A DNA stretch of 64,000 nt from Chloroflexota bacterium (GCA_965261635.1 OZ253463.1:931448-995447); one strand, 5' to 3'. Counted from the stretch's first letter, positions 20,585 to 31,286 are shown. The notes: generated by a model not told the origin, from the letters alone. Translations and numbers: made by a program.

Positions 20585-21961
20585 ATGTGTGTCAGAGGGG
20601 GGCACTTGGGGCGCTCCCCTGTTTCAGTCCGTGCTTTAAATGCCACCGGCCGCTGGGAGCATAAGATGAGTGAGGCGTCAGGACAGGTCAGCACTTCTGG
20701 GCAGAGTTCGCCCGAGCAGCAAGCCACCGAATATGCGGTCTTGGCAGAGATTGGCCGCATCATCAGTTCAACCCTCAATATCGACGAGATCTACGAGCAG
20801 TTTGCCCACCAGGTCTCGCTCCTTATCGCTTTTGATCGTCTCTCTATCGCGGCCATCGATATGGAGGCGCACACCCTGCAGGCAGTCTACTCTGTGGGCG
20901 GAGATATCCCGGGGTGGGAACGGGGCAAGGTGAACCAACTTGTGCCCGGCGGTATCGGAGATCGTCTTTCCCGTGAGCGCCGAGGGCTCTTGTTCAGGAC
21001 GCCGGCTGAAGAGGAAGAAGCGGGGCAGCGACCGGCGCGCGAGCTTGGCGGCGACTTTCAAACGCGGATTGCCGTGCCTCTCGTTGCGCGCGGCGTGCTG
21101 GTCGGCACCTTGAATATCCGTTCGCTGCAGCCCTACGCATACGACGAGAATCACTTGGCCCAGGCGGAACGGATTGGCGCCCAGATCGCCGGTACGATCG
21201 CCAATGCGTTCGCATATGAGAAACTGGAAGCCGCTCAGCAAGCTCTCGAAAATGCCGTGACGGAGCTCCGCCGCTCTAACCAAGAACTCGCGCAGTTTGC
21301 CTACGTCGCGTCGCACGACCTCCAGGAGCCGCTGCGCAAGATCGCGAGTTTTTGCAGTCTGCTCGAGGCGCGCTACGCGGCCGATCTGGATGAAAGAGCG
21401 AATATCTACATCCACTACATCGTGGACGGAGCGACGCGGATGCAGGCGCTCGTCAATGATCTCTTGCTGTACTCTCGGGTAGCGACACGCGGCAAAGAGT
21501 TTGCCCCGACGGATACCGCAGTTGCGTTGCAGGAAGCCAAAGAGAACCTTGATCTTGCCATCGCGGAAAGTGACGCGCGTGTCACGCATGACCCGCTGCC
21601 GACGGTTACTGCGGACGCGACGCAGATGATTCAGTTGTTTCAGAATCTCGTTGCCAACGCCGTCAAGTATCGGGACGAGGAAGCGCCGCGCGTCCACGTC
21701 ACAGCGGCGAACGAGGACAATGAATGGGTCTTTTCTGTGCGTGATAACGGCATCGGGATTGCGCCGGAGTATACCGAGCGCATCTTTGTGATTTTCCAGC
21801 GGCTGCACACCCGTGAAGAATACTCGGGCACGGGTATCGGCTTGGCAGTGTGCAAGAAGATCGTCGAGCGTCACGGCGGCCGGATTTGGGTCGAATCAGA
21901 GTCAGGCGCAGGGTCCACGTTCTACTTTGCCTTGCCCAAGCGCCGGAGAGATGACGCATGA
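20585..21961 (+). CDS. GAF-domain sensor histidine kinase
   Basis: GAF region, H-box [17 protein letters not shown]-box [10 protein letters not shown]-boxes RDNGIGI and [12 protein letters not shown] 20666 (GGGAG upstream) is the more likely true start. Confidence 0.9.
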   Translation: MCVRGGHLGRSPVSVRALNATGRWEHKMSEASGQVSTSGQSSPEQQATEYAVLAEIGRIISSTLNIDEIYEQFAHQVSLLIAFDRLSIAAIDMEAHTLQAVYSVGGDIPGWERGKVNQLVPGGIGDRLSRERRGLLFRTPAEEEEAGQRPARELGGDFQTRIAVPLVARGVLVGTLNIRSLQPYAYDENHLAQAERIGAQIAGTIANAFAYEKLEAAQQALENAVTELRRSNQELAQFAYVASHDLQEPLRKIASFCSLLEARYAADLDERANIYIHYIVDGATRMQALVNDLLLYSRVATRGKEFAPTDTAVALQEAKENLDLAIAESDARVTHDPLPTVTADATQMIQLFQNLVANAVKYRDEEAPRVHVTAANEDNEWVFSVRDNGIGIAPEYTERIFVIFQRLHTREEYSGTGIGLAVCKKIVERHGGRIWVESESGAGSTFYFALPKRRRDDA

Positions 21962-22404
21962 ATGCAAAACTTACCGGGAGACCGGTTGAGATTCTGCTCG
22001 TTGAGGATGATCCCGCTGACGTTCTCCTAACCCAGGAGGCTCTGCTCGGCAGCAAGATTCGAAATAACCTGCACGTAGTTGACGATGGTGTCGAGGCGCT
22101 CGCATTCCTGCGGCGGGAGGGTACGTATCGTGACGTGCCCCGCCCGGATCTAATTCTGCTCGATCTCAACATGCCGCGCAAAGACGGACGCGAGGTTTTG
22201 GCCGACATCAAGGAAGACCCAGGCCTCAAGGCGATCCCGGTTGCCGTGCTCACCACGTCATCGCAGGATGAAGACATTCTGAAGAGCTACGAATTACATG
22301 CGAACTGCTACATCACCAAGCCGGTAGGCTTGGAGCAGTTTGCCACCGTGGTGCAGTCGTTGGACGACTTCTGGTTCACTATCGTTAAACTACCGCCGAA
22401 GTGA
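21958..22404 (+). CDS. Response regulator (Rcp1-like receiver)
   Basis: [35 protein letters not shown] overlap with the kinase stop. Confidence 0.9.
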   Translation: MNAKLTGRPVEILLVEDDPADVLLTQEALLGSKIRNNLHVVDDGVEALAFLRREGTYRDVPRPDLILLDLNMPRKDGREVLADIKEDPGLKAIPVAVLTTSSQDEDILKSYELHANCYITKPVGLEQFATVVQSLDDFWFTIVKLPPK

Positions 22405-22469
22405 GTTCACGCTGGGACCTTGTGCACGTACGGCGCCGATCTTCGTGTGACAAGGTTCGAACGCTTCTC

Positions 22470-23423
22470 TTATGGCAGCTTAGAATCCTCCGCCTCCAAG
22501 TCTGTGATCAGGATGGCATGGTAGCGATAGCGCGTGCGCCGCAGGCGCTTGCCATACAGGCGGTCCGCTTCGTCCGGTTTGAAACACCCCTCGGGAAGGT
22601 CGTGGGGCCAAGCGTACGGTTCCAGGTCTTCCGGCGCGAGTTTGTGTCCGACCGGCAGCGGACGTCTGGCCACGAGGAGTTGCTGACCCGTTACCCTCAT
22701 GGCGGACGGGATATCGTCTTTCGCGTCGGGTGCGAATCCAAAGCTGCGCCGCAGGGCTTGTACAACCAAGAAGCCGACGGCAAACCCGCCCAGGTGCGCG
22801 GTGTAGGCAATGCCGCCCCCTCCGCCTCCCACCGAGCCCAACGAGCCCATGATCTGAAGCACCAGCCAGACGCCAATGACGATGAGGGCAGACACGTCAA
22901 ACGTCGGCGGGCGCCGCTCACCTTGCCCGACGAGAAGGCCGAGCGCCCAGATGACGAAGACGTGTATGGACAAAATGCCGATGGGCGACAGTGGAAAGAG
23001 TACGAGATACGCACCGAGGACTCCGGCGATGGCGCCGCTCGCGCCGATGCGCGGTATCGTGTCGCTGGCAAAGATCGCGGACTCTATGATGCCCGCGCCC
23101 AGCCCGCAAAAGAGGTAGAAGGCGGCAAATCCCAGATGACCCATCTCATCTTCAACATTGGCGCCAAACACCCAGAGAAAGAGCATGTTGCCGGCTATGT
23201 GGAGCAAGCCGAAGTGGAGAAAGGCGGCGAGTAGGAGGTTGCGAAGTTGGTCGATTTCGCCCGCCCAGAGCCCGGCGGGACGCAGACCGTATTCTTGTGC
23301 GCTCCAACCAAGGGAATGCGCCACCACGAACATGCCGATGTTAATCGCCACCAGAGTGACGGTGACAATGGGGCGACGCAGCCGCTGATCCTCGGGCGCG
23401 GCCTCGATGGGTATGAGTTGCAT
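22470..23423 (-). CDS. Rhomboid intramembrane serine protease with C-terminal SAF-like domain
   Basis: GASGAIAGVLGAY (catalytic Ser) and AHLGGFAVG (His). The last ~75 aa (LLVARRPLPVGHKLAPEDLEPYAWP..LPEG..YGKRLRR..ILITDL) resemble a SAF domain. Confidence 0.85.
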   Translation of the reverse strand: MQLIPIEAAPEDQRLRRPIVTVTLVAINIGMFVVAHSLGWSAQEYGLRPAGLWAGEIDQLRNLLLAAFLHFGLLHIAGNMLFLWVFGANVEDEMGHLGFAAFYLFCGLGAGIIESAIFASDTIPRIGASGAIAGVLGAYLVLFPLSPIGILSIHVFVIWALGLLVGQGERRPPTFDVSALIVIGVWLVLQIMGSLGSVGGGGGGIAYTAHLGGFAVGFLVVQALRRSFGFAPDAKDDIPSAMRVTGQQLLVARRPLPVGHKLAPEDLEPYAWPHDLPEGCFKPDEADRLYGKRLRRTRYRYHAILITDLEAEDSKLP

Positions 23424-23554
23424 TTGTAGCCCTTGGCCTTCCTAACCGCTGCGTTCGATCACAAACGTATGGGCAGCCGTGGGTGGGCCTATCCAAAACC
23501 GAAACACAAGCCCGTGAGCGGATCTGATGGCAAGCCCAAAGCAGTTAATTTGCG

Positions 23555-23776
23555 CTAGGCTGCTCGCACCTTGCCTTTGCCGTCACACTTGGGGCAACTG
23601 CCCTTGAGTTCGTGCCATCCGCTCGGTTCATCGGGATTGGGCCATCTCTCATCCACCGCGCCGGAGCCCTCGCAGCGTGTGCAAATCATCTGCGGATGGG
23701 GAAAGATGCGGGGAACAATGAGCCAAGCGCTAATGATGAGGACTCCAACGATCAGGAGTATTCCAAACTGATCCAT
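23555..23776 (-). CDS. Small membrane-anchored DnaJ-type zinc-finger protein
   Basis: MDQFGILLIVGVLIISAWLIV (TM), then CTRCEGSG and CPKCDGKG. GGAGAGAGG precedes ATG 23776. The longer track ORF (to 24055) is unlikely. Confidence 0.6.
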   Translation of the reverse strand: MDQFGILLIVGVLIISAWLIVPRIFPHPQMICTRCEGSGAVDERWPNPDEPSGWHELKGSCPKCDGKGKVRAA

Positions 23777-24124
23777 ACCTGTTACCTCTCTCCGCGTGCC
23801 ACGAGACCCTCCTACTGACAGTGTAAGCCATTGCAGCGGAAAGTCGAAAGAGTGCCAACGGAGAAGGATGCCAGGAGGACCTACGGTTACGCTCGCTGGC
23901 CCGGGGGACTCTTGCTCGCGCAGAGTGTGAGTGGGTTTGCGGAACAAAGCGAAGCGCCTTGCTAGGGGCGGGAATCTGGCCCTGAAGGATTGGTGCGCGC
24001 AGCCTCGGCAGAGGACAATCTCCGGCGCGGCGTGATTTACACATGGGACGGTCATGGCTCAGACAGGGCTTGGGAAGGAGCGAGGTGCGGGAGCGGCAGG
24101 TCTGTCAGTGTTGATCGGGAACTG

Positions 24125-24145
24125 GCGCAGGTTTGAAACCTGCGC
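24125..24145. repeat. REP-like palindrome gcgcaggttt-g-aaacctgcgc
   Basis: Exact 10-bp arms. Intergenic. Confidence 0.6.
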
Positions 24146-24278
24146 TACCGGAAGTAGACGGAATCGCGGTTCCTTTTTGGGAAATCTAGGTGGGTTGAAG
24201 GGTGCGTATCTTGGATCGGCCTGCAACGTCATGCCAATAGGATCAGGCAGAAGAAGCAAGGGTGATCCGGAAATGAAG

Positions 24279-24312
24279 ACGCGCCTGCCGTACAATCGTA
24301 CGACAGGCGCGT
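24279..24312 (-). terminator. Strong hairpin downstream of the DegT-family gene
   Basis: acgcgcctgccgtac-aatc-gtacgacaggcgcgt (14 bp, one mismatch). On the minus strand it is followed by cttcatttcc. Confidence 0.45.
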
Positions 24313-24437
24313 GATGCCTTCTCTTGATCTCAGCCAGGCATTTCCCCACGAGTTTGGCTACCGACGCCAGGATGTCCCCGTGGTCCTAACCTGAAAAGTC
24401 CGCTGACGGTCACTGGACTTGCTCGGCGCCTTCACAG

Positions 24438-25772
24438 CTACGCCGGAGTAAAGAACCGCCACGTGCCAATGTTCTCCCCGCTGCTGGAATCGTCTTCCAG
24501 CAGTTCCTCGTAGTTCTCGGCGGCTTTGCGGTACGCAGTCGCGTACTCTTCGATAACCTGCGGCCGAAACTTCTTGAACCACGGAATGCTGAAAGACCGG
24601 TTGCCGATTCCCTCGCTGACCGGCAGACTGCCCCTGGGCTGGCGCAAATCCCGATTGGAATTCGCAATGACAGTGGGCTTGCCGTGGCCGTAGACGTCCG
24701 CCTCGTGGAAGAGCGGATGCAGGTGGAGGGGATTATTGGTGCCCGGCCCGCAGCGAGCGCCTTCTGCAGACACTGCCTGCGCAAAGCGCGAGATCGAAAG
24801 ACCGCCAACCTCTTCCGAACGATAGAGCCCCCGAGCCGCGTACCAGCCGCCCATGGTGCTGCCGGAGTCCTTGGCAGGACGATGCGGCGCGATGCCGGGT
24901 ACGCCATCCAAGAGGTCCCAGAAGTAGTTCATGGCCTCCTGGATTTCTGCTACGTAGCCGTCGTAGTACTTCAGCGTCACCCTGCCCATGGCGGAGCTGA
25001 GCTGGTTTACGCGGAATTTGTAGCCGCCGAGCGGCAAGCCGGCCCAGGGCTTGAGATACTCGGTCTCCAGGTTTTCTTCTGAATACAGGTCGTAGTGGCC
25101 GAACGCCAGCGCGCGGTCATAAATCTCGCGGTCGTTGGTGGTCATAATGCCCGCTTCGCCGGTGGCAAACGACTTGCCGCTCATGAGCGACATGGCGCCC
25201 ACGTCACCGATAGCGCCCACTGTTCTACCCTTGTAGCGCCCGCCGTGGGCGTGGGAAACATCCTCAATGACCTTGACGTTGTGCCTGCGCGCGATCTCCA
25301 GGATGGGGTCCATGTCGGCAGGGTGACCGCAGTAGTGCACGGCAACGATGGCCTTGGTACGCTCGGTGATGCGGTGCTCGATGTCGTTGGGATCGATGCA
25401 GAGTGTATCTGGGTCGATGTCTGCAAAAACGACGGTTGCGCCCAAGGAAAAGGCCGGCAGGCACGACGCCCAATACGTCACGCTGGGGGAAATGATCTCG
25501 TCACCCACGCCCACGCCGCAACCAAACATCGCCCCCCGCAGCGCCTCAGTCCCCGTATTTGCGCCGAGCGCATACGTCGTCCCAACCCAGTCCGCGTACT
25601 CTCTCTCGAATTTCCGGGTCACGTCCGTGCCGGACATGCCGCCCCGGCGCAGCACTTCCAAGACGGCTTCTTCATGTTCCGGGGTTACGATGGGCCAGGT
25701 AAAGATGTTGCCGGGTTCGCTTTGCACCGACTTAGGGCCGCCCAGCAACGCGAGCTTCGACTTAACTTGCAT
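24438..25772 (-). CDS. DegT/DnrJ/EryC1/StrS family PLP-dependent aminotransferase
   Basis: LALLGGPK N-terminus, AIVAVHYCGHPADMD, and SLMSGKSFATGEAG containing the PLP lysine context. Confidence 0.85.
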   Translation of the reverse strand: MQVKSKLALLGGPKSVQSEPGNIFTWPIVTPEHEEAVLEVLRRGGMSGTDVTRKFEREYADWVGTTYALGANTGTEALRGAMFGCGVGVGDEIISPSVTYWASCLPAFSLGATVVFADIDPDTLCIDPNDIEHRITERTKAIVAVHYCGHPADMDPILEIARRHNVKVIEDVSHAHGGRYKGRTVGAIGDVGAMSLMSGKSFATGEAGIMTTNDREIYDRALAFGHYDLYSEENLETEYLKPWAGLPLGGYKFRVNQLSSAMGRVTLKYYDGYVAEIQEAMNYFWDLLDGVPGIAPHRPAKDSGSTMGGWYAARGLYRSEEVGGLSISRFAQAVSAEGARCGPGTNNPLHLHPLFHEADVYGHGKPTVIANSNRDLRQPRGSLPVSEGIGNRSFSIPWFKKFRPQVIEEYATAYRKAAENYEELLEDDSSSGENIGTWRFFTPA

Positions 25773-26029
25773 GCCGCCGTTTCCTTTCCTGTCTACTGAT
25801 AGCTAACGTGCAATCGGTTTGTGCTTACACGGTAGGATAGCACGAACCGGCGGTGCTAAGCATGTTGGCTAGACCAGGCTGTGTCCAGACACGGCTCATC
25901 CTAGTCGCTTCGCCATGGGCTCGGCCGGATGCCGCGCGCTAAGGATGCAAGTCAGCACACCGAAGCTTACTCCTCTATACTGGCAGGGGAGCCGCAGCGA
26001 TTACGTGCCGTGAGTGGCGAAATCGACGT

Positions 26030-26611
26030 ATGTCAGTTCTCAGCGACCGCACAATTTCTGAATTGATCGCAGCCGGACGATTGCGCGTCGAGCCGTTTGC
26101 AGCGGAACACGTGCAGCCGTCCAGTGTAGACCTGCGGCTGGGAAGGCATTTTCGCATCTTCCAACACAGCCGCTACACGCACATTGACGTACGTGAGCCG
26201 CAGCCCGATCTCACGCAAAGTATCGAGGTAGAGGAGGACGAGCATTTCGTGCTCCATCCGGGCGAATTCGCTCTAGGAACGACCTTGGAGCGCGTGGGAT
26301 TGCCCGATGACTTGGTGGGTCGCCTGGAAGGCAAGAGTTCACTGGGGCGGCTCGGTCTGATCATCCACTCGACGGCGGGCTACATCGATCCCGGTTTCTC
26401 CGGCACGATCACCTTAGAGCTCTCCAACGTCGCGAAGCTCCCTATTCCGCTTTATCCGGGCATGTTTATCGGGCAGATATCTTTTCTCACAATGACCACA
26501 CCGGTGGACCGGCCCTACGGTTCGCCCGGCTTGGGGAGTAAATACCAAGATCAGGAGCACCCAACCGAGAGCAAAGTGCACCAGGATTTTAAGCCGCGCG
26601 ACGGCAGGTAA
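26030..26611 (+). CDS. dcd: dCTP deaminase
   Basis: LSDRTI..LI..G.L.VEPF, SSVDLRLG, GRLEGKSSLGRLGL, IDPGFSG.ITLEL. Confidence 0.93.
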   Translation: MSVLSDRTISELIAAGRLRVEPFAAEHVQPSSVDLRLGRHFRIFQHSRYTHIDVREPQPDLTQSIEVEEDEHFVLHPGEFALGTTLERVGLPDDLVGRLEGKSSLGRLGLIIHSTAGYIDPGFSGTITLELSNVAKLPIPLYPGMFIGQISFLTMTTPVDRPYGSPGLGSKYQDQEHPTESKVHQDFKPRDGR

Positions 26612-26772
26612 GGCTCCGGGAACCGACGGCGGCAGACCGGCGGGGGCAGAGTATTGTAAGGGGAAGCAAACGGGTTATGGGCCTGACTTTCTATCGAGTG
26701 GCTCTGCAAGCCAAGATTAGGATGCCCAAAGAGCGCTGTGAATTTACATAATTATTCAAGAATGAGATAAGC

Positions 26773-27507
26773 ATGAGGTTATACATCATCCGCCACGGCC
26801 ACGTGACGTACCGACGCGGCATACCCTTGGATAGTATGCCGCCGGAAGAACGGAGCTACCTACCCGATCCCGCGCTCACTGAAGTTGGCCGGAAACAGGC
26901 CGTATTGCTTGGTGAGCATCTTAGTAGAAGATTGACTCCGGAGGACCAACCGCAGCCGCTGCCCATGGATCGATCGGGCTTCGCGATTACGCGCCTCTTC
27001 TGCAGCCCGATGCGGCGGGCGCTCCAGACGGCGCAGCCCGTGGCAGCCGCGCTTGGCCTCAGGGCAGAGATTTGGCTGGACCTGCACGAATTGGGCGGTA
27101 TACGGCACGACGAAGGTGACGGTCAAGGCGCGCGCGGATTTCCGGGGCTCTCCCGCGCGGAGGTGGAAGAGCAGTTCCCCGGCTTCATCACTCCAACAGA
27201 CTTCTCGAATGCCGGTTGGTGGAACCGTCCGCCCGAGCAAGAGGTTGAGTATCTCCCACGTTTGGTGGGCGTGGCGCAAGCCTTACGCACCATGGCAAAG
27301 AGCAAAGATGAGCACGTTGCCATCATTACTCACGGTACCGCGGCCAGTCATATCTTGCATGCCTTGCTCGGCAGTCAAGAACATGAATGCTTTTACTTCA
27401 ACCATTCCAATACCGGCATCACCAGCCTGACTTTCAGAGAGAACGAGATCGTTCTCCGCTATCTAAATCGTCTGGAACATTTACCAGATGAGCTAGTTAC
27501 GGTCTAG
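26773..27507 (+). CDS. Histidine phosphatase (phosphoglycerate-mutase-like) family protein
   Basis: LYIIRHGH catalytic RHG motif and ITHG near the C-terminus. Confidence 0.8.
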   Translation: MRLYIIRHGHVTYRRGIPLDSMPPEERSYLPDPALTEVGRKQAVLLGEHLSRRLTPEDQPQPLPMDRSGFAITRLFCSPMRRALQTAQPVAAALGLRAEIWLDLHELGGIRHDEGDGQGARGFPGLSRAEVEEQFPGFITPTDFSNAGWWNRPPEQEVEYLPRLVGVAQALRTMAKSKDEHVAIITHGTAASHILHALLGSQEHECFYFNHSNTGITSLTFRENEIVLRYLNRLEHLPDELVTV

Positions 27508-27948
27508 CGGCGTCGTTTGCTAGGGAGAAAGTGGAGCGATCCGGTTTCAGATTGCAAGGCAGCTCTTATCTCTTGCTGTAGCACTCACTGCAAAGCCACA
27601 GATATGGGATAGCCGCTGACGAACTTGTCACACCCTTTATGGGTGTACTACATTAGACGTGGATGCTTGGGAGTGGATAAGACCGACTCTGGGGGGTGGT
27701 TAGAGTTGCTTTCAGGCGGCTAGGAAACTTGTGTGTTGGTTTCCGCCAGACTACTCGGAAAACTCACTAATACGTGACGCTGTGCCAGCGGGAAGGCTTG
27801 TAACTTGTGAGGCATGTAACTCGATGTTTTGGCGCCTTTTGCTTGGTGGCAAAGCTACAGAACTCGACCCTACGTACCTTATTTAGTAAGTTCTACTGGG
27901 GCTGAATTCGGCGGCGTTTTGCATTCTTACCTAGTGAAAAGAGATAGC

Positions 27949-28359
27949 ATGAACCGATTTCGAGTTTCATTTAAGCACGTAGCGCTGCTGGGTCTAGTTG
28001 TGGTCTTACTCGTCGGCGGGTGCATCCCGTTCATTGGCAATGACAATGGAGAAGAGGCCACTCCCACACCCTCGCCGACCATCACCATTATTCGGCCGAG
28101 CGCTACGCCAGATACGGAGCCCACGGCGCCGCCGGCTGAAGAGACCATGTATACGGTAGAGTCCGGAGACACATTAAGTACCATAGCCGATAAGTTTCCG
28201 GGCGTGACGTGGCAAGAGATCGCCAATGCGAACAATCTTCAGGACCCCTACGCTCTTTCCATCGGCCAGAAGCTGATCATTCCCCCGCCGCCGGGCCAAG
28301 TACCCACGCCCACGCCGGCGGGGCCCACGGTGGTGCAGACGCCGGAGCCGAAGAACTAG
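27949..28359 (+). CDS. LysM-domain lipoprotein
   Basis: Signal/lipobox LLVGGC, Pro/Thr linker, LysM YTVESGDTLSTIADKF..W.EIANANNL.....IGQKLIIP. ATG 27949 chosen over the track start 27829. Confidence 0.8.
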   Translation: MNRFRVSFKHVALLGLVVVLLVGGCIPFIGNDNGEEATPTPSPTITIIRPSATPDTEPTAPPAEETMYTVESGDTLSTIADKFPGVTWQEIANANNLQDPYALSIGQKLIIPPPPGQVPTPTPAGPTVVQTPEPKN

Positions 28360-28385
28360 CAGAGCTTCAACGGACGTAGGCACTG

Positions 28386-29657
28386 CTAAAGGGGCCGAAT
28401 GTCGCCGTCTCCGTAGATGATCCACTTGTACGTGGTCATTTCTTCAAGCGCCATAGGACCGCGGGCGTGGAGCTTCTGCGTGCTAATGCCCACCTCGGCG
28501 CCGAGACCGAACTGCGCGCCGTCAGTGAATTGAGTCGAGGCGTTCCAGTAGACGGCAGCGGCGTCCACCTCGCGCATGAAGCGCTGTCCCGCAGTATAGT
28601 CTTGCGTAACGATCGCCTCGGAGTGGCCGGACGTGTAGGTGTGGAGGTGCTCCATAGCGGCGTCGAAATCATCCACCACCTTCACTGCCATGGTGAGCGC
28701 CAGAAACTCCTTGCCCCAATCGTCGTCAATGGCAGGTAGTACGTGAGGGGACTCTCCGAGGATAGCGTGGGTGCGCGGACAGCCGTGAATCTCCACGTCG
28801 GCCGCAACGAGATCGGGAAAGAGGTTGGGGAGAAACTGCTGTGCGACGTCTGCGTGCACCAGCAGCGTGTCGAGTGCGTTGCAGATCGAATACCGTCGGG
28901 TCTTGGCATTCACCACGATCCGCTGCGCCTTCTCCAAGTCGGCGTGGGCATCCACGTAGGTATGACAGACGCCTGCTCCGGTCTCAATAACGGGTACCGT
29001 CGCATTCTCGACGACGAAGTTGATCAGACCGGCGCCGCCGCGGGGAATTACGAGATCAATCTCCCCCTTGGCTTGGAGGAGACGGTGCACGAGAGCGCGG
29101 TCGGAATCTTCGACGAGCTGCACCCAATGCATGGGCGCTCCGGCGGCGATCCCGGCGTCGTGAATCACGTGGGCGAGGGCGACATTCGAGTATATGGCCT
29201 CCGAGCCGCCGCGCAGCACAACGGCATTGCCTGACTTGAAGCAAAGACAGGCGATGTCCGCCGTCACATTTGGCCGCGACTCGTAGATCGCGCCGACAAC
29301 GCCGAAGGGCACCCGAATCCGACCCACCGTGATCCCACTCTCGACTGTGCGCATCGCGGTAACAGCGCCCACCGGGTCTTCGAGAGCGGCTACTTTGCGG
29401 ACATCGCCGGCAATCCCCGCGAGGACCTTTGGCGATAGCGTAAGACGGTCTATCGTGTAGGGATCAAGCCCGGACCGGGTGGCTGCAGTGATGTCTTTGC
29501 TGTTCTTCGCAATGAGGAATTCAGCCTCTGACTCGAGGGCATCGGCCACTGCCAGGAGCACTGAATTCTTGGCCTTCGTTGAAAGTTGCGCAACGGCGCG
29601 GGATGACACACGCGCCTGAGTCAGTATCTCGGTCAACAAATCTATCGTTATACTCAT
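28386..29657 (-). CDS. proA: Glutamate-5-semialdehyde dehydrogenase (gamma-glutamyl phosphate reductase)
   Basis: Family-wide similarity including catalytic Cys context YSICNALDTLLVH. GGAGGA precedes ATG 29657. Confidence 0.93.
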   Translation of the reverse strand: MSITIDLLTEILTQARVSSRAVAQLSTKAKNSVLLAVADALESEAEFLIAKNSKDITAATRSGLDPYTIDRLTLSPKVLAGIAGDVRKVAALEDPVGAVTAMRTVESGITVGRIRVPFGVVGAIYESRPNVTADIACLCFKSGNAVVLRGGSEAIYSNVALAHVIHDAGIAAGAPMHWVQLVEDSDRALVHRLLQAKGEIDLVIPRGGAGLINFVVENATVPVIETGAGVCHTYVDAHADLEKAQRIVVNAKTRRYSICNALDTLLVHADVAQQFLPNLFPDLVAADVEIHGCPRTHAILGESPHVLPAIDDDWGKEFLALTMAVKVVDDFDAAMEHLHTYTSGHSEAIVTQDYTAGQRFMREVDAAAVYWNASTQFTDGAQFGLGAEVGISTQKLHARGPMALEEMTTYKWIIYGDGDIRPL

Positions 29658-29793
29658 TGAATTTCCTCCGCCGTCTGCTCCAGGAACGTGGTATTCTTGT
29701 ACCAACTTTTCCTAATCGCGTAGATATGAATTGCTCAACTGCTTGAGCATATGGCTTAAGTATAGTTACCCGGTGTGGGTGACTGCAAAAGAG

Positions 29794-30300
29794 ATGAATC
29801 GCGATCGCATGAAGCAGCGTACCAGGGGACCGAAACCACCGCAGCGCAACCGCAAACGGTCACGGCGCATGCAGAAAGAGCATTCTGCGGGCGGCATTGT
29901 GTTCCGCGAGGAAGACGGACGGATTGCGGTGCTGGTTACGCAGAGCAGCGCTCACGACGGCTGGATATTCCCAAAAGGCCACTTGGAGCAGGGCGAGACC
30001 TCAAGCGATGCTGCGGTGCGAGAGGTAAAGGAAGAAACCGGAGTGGATGCGCGGATCGTGGAGCGTGTCGGCACGATCCGCTATGCCTTTCGCGCGCGGG
30101 GCCGGCAAATTGCGAAAACCGCGTTGTTCTACTTGATGGAATATGTCGGCGGCAATACCAGCGACGAGAGTCCGGAAGTGCACGCCGTAATCTGGGTACC
30201 GCGGGGCCAGGTAGCAGAGACCTTGAGTTTTGCCAATGAAGCCGGACTGTGGGCTAGGGCGCAAGGTCTCCTAGAGCAGCGGCTAGTGCGCTCCGCTTGA
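29794..30300 (+). CDS. NUDIX hydrolase
   Basis: Nudix box GHLEQGETSSDAAVREVKEETG. Start uncertain (29731, 29794 or 29869). Confidence 0.8.
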   Translation: MNRDRMKQRTRGPKPPQRNRKRSRRMQKEHSAGGIVFREEDGRIAVLVTQSSAHDGWIFPKGHLEQGETSSDAAVREVKEETGVDARIVERVGTIRYAFRARGRQIAKTALFYLMEYVGGNTSDESPEVHAVIWVPRGQVAETLSFANEAGLWARAQGLLEQRLVRSA

Positions 30301-30883
30301 GCGCGCCTTCCCGGAGGATTTGAGCGGGATCTACCGTGCAGTCAATGACGGTGGAAGGTGTGTTGCCGGACGCGGGCCCGCCATCGAGGATCATGTCTAC
30401 CGAGTTCCCTAATTGCTCTCGCACCTCTTGAGCGGATGTTGCAGCCGGTTTGCCGCTTCGGTTGGCGCTAGTGCCGGTGAGGGGAAAGCCTGCAGCCTCG
30501 AGCAGGGCGACAGTTGCCGCATGATTGGGTTGGCGCACGGCCAGCGTGCTTTCGCCTAGCAGCGGGGAAAGTCCCGGTTGCTTCGGCAAGACGATTGTGA
30601 GCGCCCCCGGCCAGAACGCCTCTATCAGCCGTTCCGCGCTTGGCGGAACACGTGTGACCAGTTTCCGCAGGTGGTCGCGGTCTGCAATCAGGACCGGCAG
30701 AGACTTTTCATCCGGTCGTTGTTTGGCATCCATCACCTTTTCAAGCGCCTGCGGCAGAAAGACGTTGGCGCCAAGCCCGTACACAGTATCCGTGGGAAAG
30801 GCGACGATGCCGCCTTCACGCAGTATTGCCGCGGCGCGCGAGATTGCGGATGGATCGGATGCGGTGAAGATTTGTTTGGTCAT
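30254..30883 (-). CDS. tsaC: L-threonylcarbamoyladenylate synthase (TsaC/YwlC, Sua5 N-domain type)
   Basis: GGIVAFPTDTVYGLGAN, ..K.RP..K.L, TSANRSG. Confidence 0.88.
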   Translation of the reverse strand: MTKQIFTASDPSAISRAAAILREGGIVAFPTDTVYGLGANVFLPQALEKVMDAKQRPDEKSLPVLIADRDHLRKLVTRVPPSAERLIEAFWPGALTIVLPKQPGLSPLLGESTLAVRQPNHAATVALLEAAGFPLTGTSANRSGKPAATSAQEVREQLGNSVDMILDGGPASGNTPSTVIDCTVDPAQILREGALKRSALAAALGDLAP

Positions 30884-31037
30884 TGATTTGAGGGATTCGG
30901 AGTGAGACTACAAGGCAAGCAGCCAAACTTGGCCGCATTTCAGTACTGAGGTCGCGCCTGTGGAAGTAATCCAGCCGTCCTAAGGCACTGGCGTCCGGGC
31001 GATGATACATGCGCCGGTTATCACTTCTACGCGAATC

Positions 31038-31105
31038 GTCACTTCCGCGTAAGCGGGAGTCCACGTGTCCAGGAAAAGATGGATTCCCGCGCAAGCGGGA
31101 AAGAC
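31038..31105. repeat. Inverted doublet of family-A REP hairpins (REPIN-like)
   Basis: gtcaCTTCCGCgtaaGCGGGAGtccac (31038-31064) and gatggaTTCCCGCgcaaGCGGGAAagac (31078-31105) face each other across 13 nt. Confidence 0.7.
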
Positions 31106-31286
31106 GACAAGCTTGCATTCCGCGTCAGAGTGCGCAAACAGGCCCTCGTCCAAGATTCCTACGCGAGCTGAAGTCCTGAGGCAAGATGCACAGAGACTCT
31201 GCAATCACGTTGCTGATGATATCCCGGAAGGCCCCCTGTCGGTGTCCGCAATTCAAGAGCGCAATCCTGAAAACCCGCGTTGACTA

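Noticed and set aside
27508-27948. Long leader upstream of the LysM gene as a possible c-di-AMP (ydaO-type) riboswitch. GGGGGGUGGUUAG and CCGCCAGACUACUCGG vaguely resemble conserved segments.
   Set aside because: I could not find the GGGGACCCA/CCCGAA cores or the pseudo-twofold helices. The evidence is too weak without an Infernal scan (RF00379).
30254-30300. 47-nt convergent overlap of the NUDIX and tsaC 3' ends as a regulatory feature.
   Set aside because: This is probably just tail-to-tail overlap in a compact genome. No structure or conservation could be assessed.
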